Source: Faecalibaculum rodentium
GTDB taxonomy: Bacteria > Bacillota_I > Bacilli_A > Erysipelotrichales > Erysipelotrichaceae
DNA length: 32,000 bases
Direction: 5' to 3'
Assembly (NCBI RefSeq): GCF_001564455.1
Contig: NZ_CP011391.1
Span: forward strand, 360,001 to 392,000
Shown here in pieces: positions 11,188-19,016 of the stretch. Positions within the stretch are counted from its first letter, which is position 1, and each line of letters begins with the position of its first letter. The notes beneath the pieces were generated by a model, which saw nothing but the letters and a program-made list of their open reading frames with translations, had not been told where the DNA came from and searched no databases. The position numbers and the translations under genes were made by a program.

Positions 11188-12138
11188 ATGGCAAACGTGA
11201 TTCTGTTTGGCGAACCCATGGCGCTGCTGACAGCGGATACGCCGGGGAAACTGGAAGACATCTGCCACTTTACACGCTCCATGTCCGGCGCGGAAGTGAA
11301 TGTGGCCATTGGCCTGACCAGGCTTGGACATCATGCCCAGTACCTCACAAGGCTGGGGGATGACCCCTTCGGCCGCTACATCGAAGGGGCACTGAAATCC
11401 AACGGCATCGGCACGGAGTTCATCACCGTGGATCCGGTATACAAGACCGGGATCCAGCTCAAGAACCGCACGACCGACGGCAGCGACCCCTACGCGCCGT
11501 ATTACCGGAAGGGCTCTGCAGCCTCCCATATCTCTGCGGCAGAGATCGATGCGCTGGACCTGGATGGCGTGGATCTGGTGCATGTGACAGGGATCCCGCC
11601 GGCGCTGTCGCAAAGTGCCAGGGCAGCGACACACCGGCTGATGGACCGGGCAAGGGAAGCGGGGATCTTTGTGACCTTCGACCCGAACCTGCGCCCGGCG
11701 CTGTGGGAGAACGAAGAGACCATGCGTCAGGTCCTGAACGAACTGGCGGGAAAGGCGGATCTGGTGCTGCCGGGGATCGCGGAGTGCGAAGTCCTGGCAG
11801 GGACGGCCGATCCGGAGAAAGCCGCGGCGTTCTTCCTGGACAAGGGACCAAAGGCGGTCATCATCAAGGACGGATCCGACGGGGCATACCTCTTCACGGC
11901 TGAAGGAAGCACAAAGGTGCCCGGGTACAAAGCGGAGAAAGTCGTGGACACCGTGGGAGCCGGAGACGGCTTTGCGGTGGGCGTGATCAGCGGACTGCTG
12001 GAAGGACTGCCCATGGAAGAAGGTGTGCGCCGGGGCAACGCCATCGGCTGCATCCAGGTGATGACAGCCGGAGACAACGAAGGACTGCCGACAACGGAAC
12101 AGCTCCAGGCGTTCATGGAACGCCGCAGTGTGTCCTGA
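11188..12138 (+). CDS. kdgK: 2-dehydro-3-deoxygluconokinase (PfkB family)
   Basis: PfkB signatures (GAEVNVAIGL; DTVGAGDGFAVG). Starts 3 nt after the eda stop. Context is KDG pathway genes. Confidence 0.85.
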   Translation: MANVILFGEPMALLTADTPGKLEDICHFTRSMSGAEVNVAIGLTRLGHHAQYLTRLGDDPFGRYIEGALKSNGIGTEFITVDPVYKTGIQLKNRTTDGSDPYAPYYRKGSAASHISAAEIDALDLDGVDLVHVTGIPPALSQSARAATHRLMDRAREAGIFVTFDPNLRPALWENEETMRQVLNELAGKADLVLPGIAECEVLAGTADPEKAAAFFLDKGPKAVIIKDGSDGAYLFTAEGSTKVPGYKAEKVVDTVGAGDGFAVGVISGLLEGLPMEEGVRRGNAIGCIQVMTAGDNEGLPTTEQLQAFMERRSVS

Positions 12139-12183
12139 AGCAGACAGAGACAGGACTTCAGACCGCAGACAATCAGAACAGGA

Positions 12184-12225
12184 AAAAGGGACAGCTCCTG
12201 CTGACAAGGCGGATCTGTCCCTTTT
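12184..12225. terminator. Bidirectional intrinsic terminator between convergent kdgK and the SDR pseudogene
   Basis: AAAAGGGACAG ... CTGTCCCTTTT: an 11-nt inverted repeat with an A-run on one side and a T-run on the other. Confidence 0.7.
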
Positions 12226-12270
12226 ACGTTGGATGGATGTTCTCTGAAGGTTCGCTAGACTGCACCGGAC

Positions 12271-13028
12271 TCAGAATGAAGTCCATCCGCCGTCCACCGC
12301 AATGATGTCGCCGCTAGTATAGGCGGAATCGTCACTTGCCAGGAACAGGGCACACTGGGCAATATCCGTGGCTTCGCAGGCGCCGGACTCAGCTTCAGCA
12401 CAGGCCCCAGCCGCGTATAGCCGTCCATGTTCGGCCGGCCCATGGCCGTCGCAATCTCCGTATTGATGCCGCCCGGAGCAATCACATTGACGCGGATTTT
12501 CTCTCCTTTGTACATATAGGTGGTGTTGCGGCTCATGGCATTCAGGGCCGCCTTTGAGGCACCATAAATGGGACCTGCTGCCTGATGCGAGGCACTCACG
12601 GACGATACGTTGATGATGTTTCCGCCCTGTCCCTGTTCCAGGAATACCTGGACGGCTTTGCGCATCGCCGCCATGGGACCATAGACACTGACGTCCATGA
12701 CCTGCCGGAATTTTTCGTCACTGGCCTCGGCAATGGGAGCCATGTCACCCATGACACCGGCATTGTTGACCAGAATATCCAGTCTGCCATAGGCGGCAAC
12801 GGCAGCATCGATCATGCTTTCGCAGGCTTCCCGTCAGGATACATCCCCTGCATAGACCTGCACCTGGCCGGCTTCGTTCTTCAGGCTCTCTGTCAGGGCT
12901 TCCAGGCGTTCCTTCCGGTGTGCCACTGCAATGACATTCGCACCTTCTTTGACGAACAGCTCGACAATGGCTTTTCCTATCCCGGAGGATGCGCCCGTCA
13001 CGACAATGGATTTGTCTTTGAGTTCCAT
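12271..13028 (-). pseudogene. Short-chain dehydrogenase/reductase, disrupted by an in-frame TGA and a C-terminal frameshift
   Basis: N-terminus TGASSGIGKA, then NNAG and catalytic YGASKAAL. There is an in-frame TGA at 12834-12836, and the two track ORFs 12834..13028 and 12255..12815 are in the same frame. The canonical C-terminus (DIAQCALFLASDDSAYTSGDIIAVDGGWTSF*) is found only in another frame and ends at 12271, so a frameshift lies near 12375-12420. Confidence 0.75.
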
Positions 13029-13312
13029 GTGTTGATTTCATTTCCGATATGTTTGCGCCTACATAGTACCAGAAACCGGCTGATGAACCGATGATATTCA
13101 CAGAAACCGGCCTTTCCGTGTGTCCCGGAAGACGGTGCCAGGACAGCATCCAGCTGCCTTGACCTGTGACAAGGTGGATCCACCTGTCTGTATGTGAAAC
13201 AAAAGACACATATGTCCATATAACAACATGAAAAGCCTATGGGCGCTGCCTGACCGGATTTTCTATACTGAGTGGGAAAGCAGCGTGCAGACACGCAGGA
13301 AGGGAAGAAAGC

Positions 13313-14272
13313 ATGAAACAGACAGACGTTACAGCATTCGGAGAGATCCTGATCGATTTCACCCACAGCGGAACAGCAGACAATGGAGCAGTGCTGTTTG
13401 CCAGACACCCTGGAGGGGCACCCGGCAATGTGGCCGTGCAGGTGGCCAGGCTGGGAGGGACCGCCGCGTTCCTGGGCAAGGCAGGAAATGACATGCACGG
13501 GCAGTTTCTTGCCGATACCCTGAAAACCGAAGGTGTCAATACGGAAGGACTGCTGCTGGATGACCGGCACTTCACGACTCTGGCTTTCGTATCAGTGGAT
13601 GAAACCGGCGAGCGGACCTTCTCCTTTGCCCGGAAACCCGGGGCCGATACACAGATCTCTGCCGATGAACTGAACCGGGCGCAGATCCGGGATGGGAAGA
13701 TCTTCCATGCCGGCTCCCTGTCCCTGACCCATGAGCCTGCCCGCAGCGCGACGCTGGAAGCCATCCGGGAGGCAAAAGCGGCCGGGGCTCTGGTCAGCTA
13801 CGATCCAAACTACCGGGCCAGTCTCTGGAACAGCCGCCAGGAGGCCATGGAAGCCATGCGTTCCCTGGTGCCCTTTGCGGATCTCATGAAGATATCCGAT
13901 GAGGAAACGGAGCTGCTGACAGGAAAGGCAGATCCCGAAGAAGCGCTGCAGGCCCTGCTGGATGCGGGGGTGAAATTTGCGGCCGTTACCCTTGGAGCCG
14001 ACGGGGCCATGGCAGGCACCTCTGCTGGTATTGTGAAAGTACCGGGCATACCCTCACCCATTGCCGATACCAACGGTGCCGGGGATTCCTTCTGGGGGGC
14101 CATTCTGTGGCAGTTTGCAAGCCGGGATCTGAATCCCGAGGAACTGGATCCGGCCAGGACAGAAGATCTTCTGCGGTTTGCCAATGCAGCCGCAGCTCTG
14201 ACCGTCCGCAGACCGGGAGCCATCCCCGCGATGCCTGACAGAGAGGCTGTGGAAACTTTCCTTGCAGCATGA
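13313..14272 (+). CDS. Fructokinase-type PfkB carbohydrate kinase
   Basis: AGGAAGGGAAG RBS. Motifs FGEILIDF, GGAPGNVA and DTNGAGDSFWGA are typical of ScrK-like fructokinases. Confidence 0.85.
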   Translation: MKQTDVTAFGEILIDFTHSGTADNGAVLFARHPGGAPGNVAVQVARLGGTAAFLGKAGNDMHGQFLADTLKTEGVNTEGLLLDDRHFTTLAFVSVDETGERTFSFARKPGADTQISADELNRAQIRDGKIFHAGSLSLTHEPARSATLEAIREAKAAGALVSYDPNYRASLWNSRQEAMEAMRSLVPFADLMKISDEETELLTGKADPEEALQALLDAGVKFAAVTLGADGAMAGTSAGIVKVPGIPSPIADTNGAGDSFWGAILWQFASRDLNPEELDPARTEDLLRFANAAAALTVRRPGAIPAMPDREAVETFLAA

Positions 14273-14275
14273 GAC

Positions 14276-14303
14276 AAAAAACCGCAGGCTCCTGCGGTTT
14301 TTT
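14276..14303 (+). terminator. Intrinsic terminator after the fructokinase gene
   Basis: AAAAAACCGCAGG-CT-CCTGCGGTTTTTT. Confidence 0.8.
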
Positions 14304-14317
14304 GTGGAGGACAGAGC

Positions 14318-14832
14318 GTGGAAAAACTGACGATTTCGGATATAGCCAGAAAAGCCGGGGTGACTGAGAGCGCGGTCGCCCCATAATTCAACGGCGGATC
14401 CGCGAAGAAGAAAACCAGGGCAATCGTTGCGCAGTCCATGACCTCAACGGTGACCGGCAGGCCGCTCACGGCCTGGATAAAACCCTGCGCAAAGCCGGTT
14501 ATTCGGTGATCATCCTGACCACTGATCATGATCCTGACCGCTAAATCGAAGCCACAGAGTACCTGCATACTCTGCGGATGGAGGGTGTGATCCTGATTGC
14601 CACAATGATCACTGAAGCCCATGTACGGCTGCAGGCCGACCGCGTGGCCATGGCGGTGATCCGGGAAGCCAGACAGCTGAACCTGTGGATTCCAGGCGAT
14701 CTGTCCATCATGAGCTTTCGCGGGTATGAGTTCGGGGAACTGATGGAACCGCAGCTGGCCACCGTGCGGTTCGAAAACGAGGAAGCAGGCATCATTGCCG
14801 CCCGGACCCTGATCCAGATGTGCCGGCACTAG
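14318..14832 (+). pseudogene. LacI-family regulator remnant (nonsense codons, frameshift, large internal deletions)
   Basis: GTG at 14318 follows GGAGGA. HTH VEKLTISDIARKAGVTESAV, then TAA at 14384-14386. The frame changes before 14473 (GLDKTLRKAGYSVIILTTDHDPDR), and there is a second in-frame TAA at 14542-14544. The C-terminal fragment (IPGDLSIMSFRGYEFGELMEPQLATVRF) is present but about half of a normal 1-kb gene is missing. Further degraded C-terminal sequence may extend to about 14900. Confidence 0.75.
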
Positions 14833-15009
14833 CCGGCAGCCGGAAAAGAGGTGCCTGGATGGCGGTTTGAACCGGGCGGGTCGATGAAGAATATGCGGAT
14901 CTGCAGCCTGAACAGCCGGGATGATTCTCCCGGAAAATGACGGCTGACGTTTCTGCGTTATTGAAGTACAATTGAAGTACCCGAGAAAGGGAGCCAGGAG
15001 GATCGGGAA

Positions 15010-15348
15010 ATGGCCACGAAACACACGAAACAAATGAAAAGACTTTGCCGCATCGTGGACAACCTGTACATGGCTGCTGTCTGGTTTGCCTGGCTGTTTC
15101 CCGTGAATCTGTTTCGGCTGACTGCTGTCTGTCTGCTGGTTTTGATGATCATCCTGCACCTGCAGTGTCACACATGGCGCATTGCCTGGAACCACCGGCT
15201 GCAGCCGGTCCTGGTCCTGGTTTCCTGGACCCTCTGTTTTGCGGCAAAGCACGGAGCTGTCCCCCGGTTCCTTTCCTTTTTCGCCGTTCTTGCCCTTCTG
15301 CTTCTGGCGCTGGATTTTTTTGGCAGCAGGAAGACAAAGATCCGCTGA
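15010..15348 (+). CDS. Hypothetical small membrane protein (112 aa, about 3 TM segments)
   Basis: ATG lies 9 nt after AGGAGG (14995-15000). Hydrophobic segments are present. I recognise no family. Confidence 0.5.
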   Translation: MATKHTKQMKRLCRIVDNLYMAAVWFAWLFPVNLFRLTAVCLLVLMIILHLQCHTWRIAWNHRLQPVLVLVSWTLCFAAKHGAVPRFLSFFAVLALLLLALDFFGSRKTKIR

Positions 15349-15388
15349 GAGCTTTGGCACACATCCGCCATTTGGCCCAATGAAAATG

Positions 15389-15424
15389 AAAAGGACTGCC
15401 TGTTGATTGAATGGGCAGTCCTTT
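15389..15424. terminator. Bidirectional terminator between convergent genes
   Basis: AAAGGACTGCC ... GGGCAGTCCTTT inverted repeat flanked by A- and T-runs. Confidence 0.7.
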
Positions 15425-15480
15425 GATGCTTGCGGATGGATGCCTGACCCGCTGCCCGGTTGGGGAAGACCGGAACAGGG

Positions 15481-16026
15481 TCAGCCTCTTTGCTGCTTCA
15501 GCCGCACACAGAGCCGCAGTACCATGACCAGCATGAAGCAGTCGATGGGGTACATGATGATGTTTTTGACGATCCGGGCGGTCATGAGCACCCAGAAGCT
15601 GTCACCGTACATCAGGGACAGCCACAGAGGGTTGAGAACAAGGTTCACGACCAGAACCACCAGCAGCCTGGCTGCCAGAACTTTCCAGAGTTTCAGCTCC
15701 TTCATCTGATAGAAGAAGGCTGAATAGACAGCCGCCTGGAACATGGCATTCAGGGCATAGCCGGGAAACCAGGCACCGTCGGGATGCAGGGCCCAGCCCA
15801 GGAAATCGCAGACAAACGCCCCGATGAGGTTGGGTGCCATACCGTAGAAATAACAGGAGGCGGCCATGGCAAGGAACCCGAAGGTGATGCGCAGGGTCGG
15901 CGTGAAATAGATGTTGAACATGGACAGGATCATGTACAGGGCGCAGAACAGCGCCGTGCCAGTCAGTACCCGGATGTCTTTGAGGCTGCGGGCACTGGTC
16001 CTGAAGGAAGTCATGAATGCAGACAT
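15481..16026 (-). CDS. folT: Folate-family ECF transporter S component
   Basis: ATG at 16026 follows GGAAAGGAGGG. About 181 aa with 5-6 TM segments and FolT-like sequence (ITFGFLAMAASCYFYGMAPNLIGAFVCDFLG). Preceded by a THF riboswitch. The longer track ORF (to 16242) runs through the riboswitch. Confidence 0.8.
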   Translation of the reverse strand: MSAFMTSFRTSARSLKDIRVLTGTALFCALYMILSMFNIYFTPTLRITFGFLAMAASCYFYGMAPNLIGAFVCDFLGWALHPDGAWFPGYALNAMFQAAVYSAFFYQMKELKLWKVLAARLLVVLVVNLVLNPLWLSLMYGDSFWVLMTARIVKNIIMYPIDCFMLVMVLRLCVRLKQQRG

Positions 16027-16027
16027 T

Positions 16028-16181
16028 GAAAAACCCTCCTTTCCGTTGACGCTCGGAAAAAGGAGGGTGACCTGACTTTTTTCAAACGACAGCGGGATGC
16101 AGGATACAGATCGCGGCTTGCTTCGTTTTCGGACCAACTCCCCGTGCCCGAAACACTTTACGCCTGTATCCTTACTCTGCC
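16028..16181 (-). promoter_or_regulatory. THF (tetrahydrofolate) riboswitch: aptamer about 16088-16181, terminator/SD-sequestering hairpin about 16030-16075
   Basis: The minus-strand RNA GGCAGAGUAAGGAUACAGGCGUAAAGUGUUUCGG...CCGAAAACGAAGCAAGCCGCGAUCUGUAUCCUGCAUCCCGCUGUC aligns with the THF aptamer consensus (GAGUAG, GCGUUAAGUG, ACGAAGC, GCGCGG, UGCAUCCGCU). P2 is a perfect GGAUACAG/CUGUAUCC pairing and P3 is UUUCGG/CCGAAA. It is followed by the ACCCUCCUUUUUCCG...CGGAAAGGAGGGU hairpin plus UUUUU. Confidence 0.8.
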
Positions 16182-16188
16182 TGAAGTC

Positions 16189-16217
16189 AGTATACGCAGG
16201 GAAAAAGAGACTGACAA
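16189..16217 (-). promoter_or_regulatory. Putative folT promoter
   Basis: On the minus strand: TTGTCA (16217-16212), 17-nt spacer, TATACT (16194-16189). This places the transcription start about at the first riboswitch nucleotide (about 16181). Confidence 0.55.
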
Positions 16218-16302
16218 TGCCTCTATGGGTGAAAAGGTTCACAAGTTTTTATCAGGGATGGGGCTGTGGTATATTTTTCGTGAATGGAAAGAGGTTTCAC
16301 CT

Positions 16303-17277
16303 ATGATCATCGATACACTGAAAGAGAAAATCAAAGGACGGGGAATCCGGATCGTATTCACTGAAGGCTGGGATGCCCGCGTCCAGGAAGCCGCAACCAA
16401 ACTGGCTGCCGAGGACGTCATCCGTCCGGTTCTGCTGGGAGAAAAAGAGGAGATTGAAGCCACTGCAAAGGAAAACGGCTTTGACCTGACCGGCATTGAA
16501 ACCATGAACCCGGCGGAATATCCCGATATTGACAAAATGGCTGTCAAGATGGTTGAACTCCGTCGAGGCAAGCTGGATATCGAGCGTTGCCGCAAGGCCC
16601 TGATGTCCACAAACTATTTCGGCACCATGCTGGTGCAGATGGGCTACGCCGACGGCCTGCTGGGCGGCGCCACCTACAGCACAGCCGACACTGTCCGCCC
16701 GGCCCTGCAGCTGGTCAAGGCTGCACCCGGCAACGCGCTGGTCAGCTCTGCCTTCCTGCTGCTGAAGGGCGATGAGGAATACATGATGGGCGACTGTTCC
16801 ATCAACCTGAACCCCAACGCCGATGATCTGGTGGAAATCACACTGCAGACCGCCAAAACCGCCCGGCAGTTCGGCATCGAGCCGAAGATCGCCCTGCTGT
16901 CCTATTCCAGCTTCGGCAGCGCCAAGGGTGAATGCGTGGCCAAGGTGGCGGAAGCCGCCCTGCGTCTGCACCGTATGCCCATCGACTTTGCCGTGGACGG
17001 CGAAATGCAGTTTGACACAGCCGTGGCTCCCGAAGTGGCAAAGCTGAAGGCGCCCAAGAGCGAAGTTGCCGGACAGGCAAACACCTTCATTTTCCCCAAC
17101 CTGTCCTCCGGCAACATCGGCTACAAGATCGCAGCCCGTCTGGGCGGCTGGGAAGCCATTGGACCGGTCCTGCAGGGCCTGAATGCCCCGATCAACGACC
17201 TGTCCCGCGGATGCAACGCCACCGAAATCTACAAGATGGCAATCATTACCGCTGCACAGAAGGACATGGACATCTGA
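16303..17277 (+). CDS. pta: Phosphate acetyltransferase
   Basis: ATG at 16303 follows GGAAAGAGG. Full-length Pta similarity (IVFTEGWDARV, LGGATYSTADTVRPALQ, DCSINLNP, SYSSFGSAKG, NTFIFPNLSSGNIGYKI). Confidence 0.9.
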   Translation: MIIDTLKEKIKGRGIRIVFTEGWDARVQEAATKLAAEDVIRPVLLGEKEEIEATAKENGFDLTGIETMNPAEYPDIDKMAVKMVELRRGKLDIERCRKALMSTNYFGTMLVQMGYADGLLGGATYSTADTVRPALQLVKAAPGNALVSSAFLLLKGDEEYMMGDCSINLNPNADDLVEITLQTAKTARQFGIEPKIALLSYSSFGSAKGECVAKVAEAALRLHRMPIDFAVDGEMQFDTAVAPEVAKLKAPKSEVAGQANTFIFPNLSSGNIGYKIAARLGGWEAIGPVLQGLNAPINDLSRGCNATEIYKMAIITAAQKDMDI

Positions 17278-17302
17278 GTCCCCAACATTTTGGATTTTCA
17301 CA

Positions 17303-17328
17303 AGACCGGATTTCCCGGTCTCTTTTTT
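17303..17328 (+). terminator. Intrinsic terminator after pta
   Basis: AGACCGG-ATTTC-CCGGTCT followed by CTTTTTT. Confidence 0.8.
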
Positions 17329-17372
17329 GTGCTCTGTCTTTCAGGTATGATAAAGGAAAAGGGAAAGAGAAT

Positions 17373-18038
17373 ATGAAACATAGAATACTGATTTTGGAAG
17401 ATGATCCGGATATGAGGGAAGCGCTTGAATATGCTTTGTCGGATTTTGACTGTCTTTTCTGTTCAACGCTGGCACAGGGGTTCAAAGAGTGGACCAGAGG
17501 CTGGGATCTGATCATTCTTGATTTGAGCCTGCCTGACGGAAACGGTCTGGAACTGCTTCAGGTTGTCAGACTGGAAAGTGACGTTCCTGTTCTTGTCTTC
17601 TCCGGACGGAAAGAGGAGTCAGTGATTTTAGATGCTTACGCGCAAAAAGGTGATGACTACATTACAAAACCAGTCAGACTCCCGGTACTTAAAGCAAAGA
17701 TATCCCGGATGCTTGACAGGACAGAAATCAGACGATTTGAAGGGTATAGTCTCGAGGTATCGAAAAACGCACTCTCAGGTCTGTGTCCTGTACAGCTCAC
17801 CAGAACAGAAACCGCAGTGCTGGAACCGCTTTTCGGATCTGGATATCACGCTGTCTCTGCAGAAAGAATCATTCGGTCGGTCTGGACCCGTACAGGACAT
17901 GATATGTCTCTGAAGACTTTGAGTGTGCGGCTTTCCGGATTGCGGAAAAAGCTGAAACCTGCCGGGCTGGCTGTCCTGGGCAGCCGCGTTCATGGGTATT
18001 GGCTGCAGAGGACAGAAGATGAAGATGCTTCTGGCTGA
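17373..18038 (+). CDS. OmpR-family response regulator
   Basis: ATG at 17373 follows a purine-rich RBS. Receiver domain (ILILEDD, DLIILDLSLPDGNG, ITKP) and a winged-helix output domain (LTRTETAVLE...LKTLSVRLSGLRKKL). Confidence 0.85.
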   Translation: MKHRILILEDDPDMREALEYALSDFDCLFCSTLAQGFKEWTRGWDLIILDLSLPDGNGLELLQVVRLESDVPVLVFSGRKEESVILDAYAQKGDDYITKPVRLPVLKAKISRMLDRTEIRRFEGYSLEVSKNALSGLCPVQLTRTETAVLEPLFGSGYHAVSAERIIRSVWTRTGHDMSLKTLSVRLSGLRKKLKPAGLAVLGSRVHGYWLQRTEDEDASG

Positions 18039-18963
18039 GATGCTCAAAAGCCGCTCTGTCCGGCTTGTTCTCGCTGCCGGCTTTTGCATTCTTCTTCAGG
18101 CAGCTCTCCGGTTTCCCATGATTGCCGCCATCCGGACATTGACGGAACTCACCGGAGCGGAACGAATGTATCTTGTCCATGAAGCCGGTCGAATCCTTAT
18201 CCCTTTTCAATTGCTTCCGGCTGTACTGGCTGGATATCTCGGGTTTCGCATTTGCTGTTCATTCACCCCATCCCTTCGATGGATGGACATCATCTGCAGC
18301 ATGACAGATGAACGGAATCAGCTGCTTCTTGCTCTGCTGGAGGAGAAACGGCAGTCCAGTCAGCGCAGAGAACATAGCGAAAACCTGGCCCACCAGCTTC
18401 ACAACACCGCGGGAGCAGGACTGCTGCTGCTTGATGCCGGAAATACGGATCCGGAGCGGATGGAACAGATACTTGAGAAACTAGCAAAACAGACGGAACA
18501 ATATCTGGATGCCTCTGTACTGTCTTCAGAATCGTCGGGATTCCGATATGAACCTGTTGACTTCTATACTGTCGCCTGCCGTGCTCTGGCCGGATTTCCA
18601 GAATCAGGTACCAGACTGGAGGGAGAAAAAAAGCCTATGCCTATGTATGGTGATGCCTTCTGGCTGGAAGAGATGATACGGTCCCTTCTGGAGAATGCAC
18701 TCGGTTTCACCCGCGGCCAGGTGCGGATGTCGATCAGATACAGCAACTCCCGAAAAGAATATGAACTGGAACTCTCTCATCCGGGATCCGTGAACTTTCG
18801 TCATCCAGTCCGGTATCAGTCGGCACGTACCGGGCATTATGGGATCGGCTTGTCTCTGGCAGATGCTGTCGCAGAACAGCACCATGGAACACTCAGGATT
18901 GCTGAAACAGATGGTGAAGTAAGAATACTGGTACGTCTGCCTGTGGTTCCTCTGGAGATCTGA
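18019..18963 (+). CDS. Histidine kinase, intramembrane-sensing (BceS-like): two N-terminal TM segments, no extracytoplasmic sensor domain
   Basis: ATG at 18019 lies 6 nt after AGAGGA and overlaps the RR stop by 20 nt. H-box LAHQLHNTAG, N-box LLENALGFT, G-box YGIGLSLADAV. There is only a short loop between the two TM segments. Confidence 0.75.
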   Translation: MKMLLAEMLKSRSVRLVLAAGFCILLQAALRFPMIAAIRTLTELTGAERMYLVHEAGRILIPFQLLPAVLAGYLGFRICCSFTPSLRWMDIICSMTDERNQLLLALLEEKRQSSQRREHSENLAHQLHNTAGAGLLLLDAGNTDPERMEQILEKLAKQTEQYLDASVLSSESSGFRYEPVDFYTVACRALAGFPESGTRLEGEKKPMPMYGDAFWLEEMIRSLLENALGFTRGQVRMSIRYSNSRKEYELELSHPGSVNFRHPVRYQSARTGHYGIGLSLADAVAEQHHGTLRIAETDGEVRILVRLPVVPLEI

Positions 18964-19016
18964 TACGGTAATCAATCTGTAATGAAGCCAGGATAGGCTG
19001 ATTATGAGGTGATACT

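Noticed and set aside
12816-12836. The in-frame TGA in the SDR gene as selenocysteine, programmed readthrough or an alternative genetic code.
   Set aside because: The position corresponds to a non-catalytic surface residue of SDRs. The downstream hairpin (AGCAU-GAUCG-AUGCU) does not resemble a bacterial SECIS element. Several neighbouring genes clearly terminate at TGA. The same gene also carries a frameshift, which fits simple decay.
14960-14980. A tandem ATTGAAGTAC repeat (two copies, 11-bp period) upstream of the small membrane protein gene.
   Set aside because: There are only two short copies and no matching -10 element at the proper spacing. It is too small to call a repeat element or CRISPR-like structure.
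16144-16302. The N-terminal extension of pta in the track ORF (start 16144), and similar 5' extensions for the RR (17211), GntR (3441), SBP (25178), the aminotransferase (27385) and others.
   Set aside because: The extensions lack an RBS, run through a riboswitch, terminator or the preceding gene, and add sequence unrelated to the protein families. Internal ATG or GTG codons with good SD spacing give family-typical N-termini.
17347-17376. A nine-codon mini-ORF (MIKEKGKRI*) whose stop overlaps the response-regulator start codon.
   Set aside because: It has no SD of its own. The purine-rich stretch it covers is better explained as the RBS of the response-regulator gene. This is probably coincidental.
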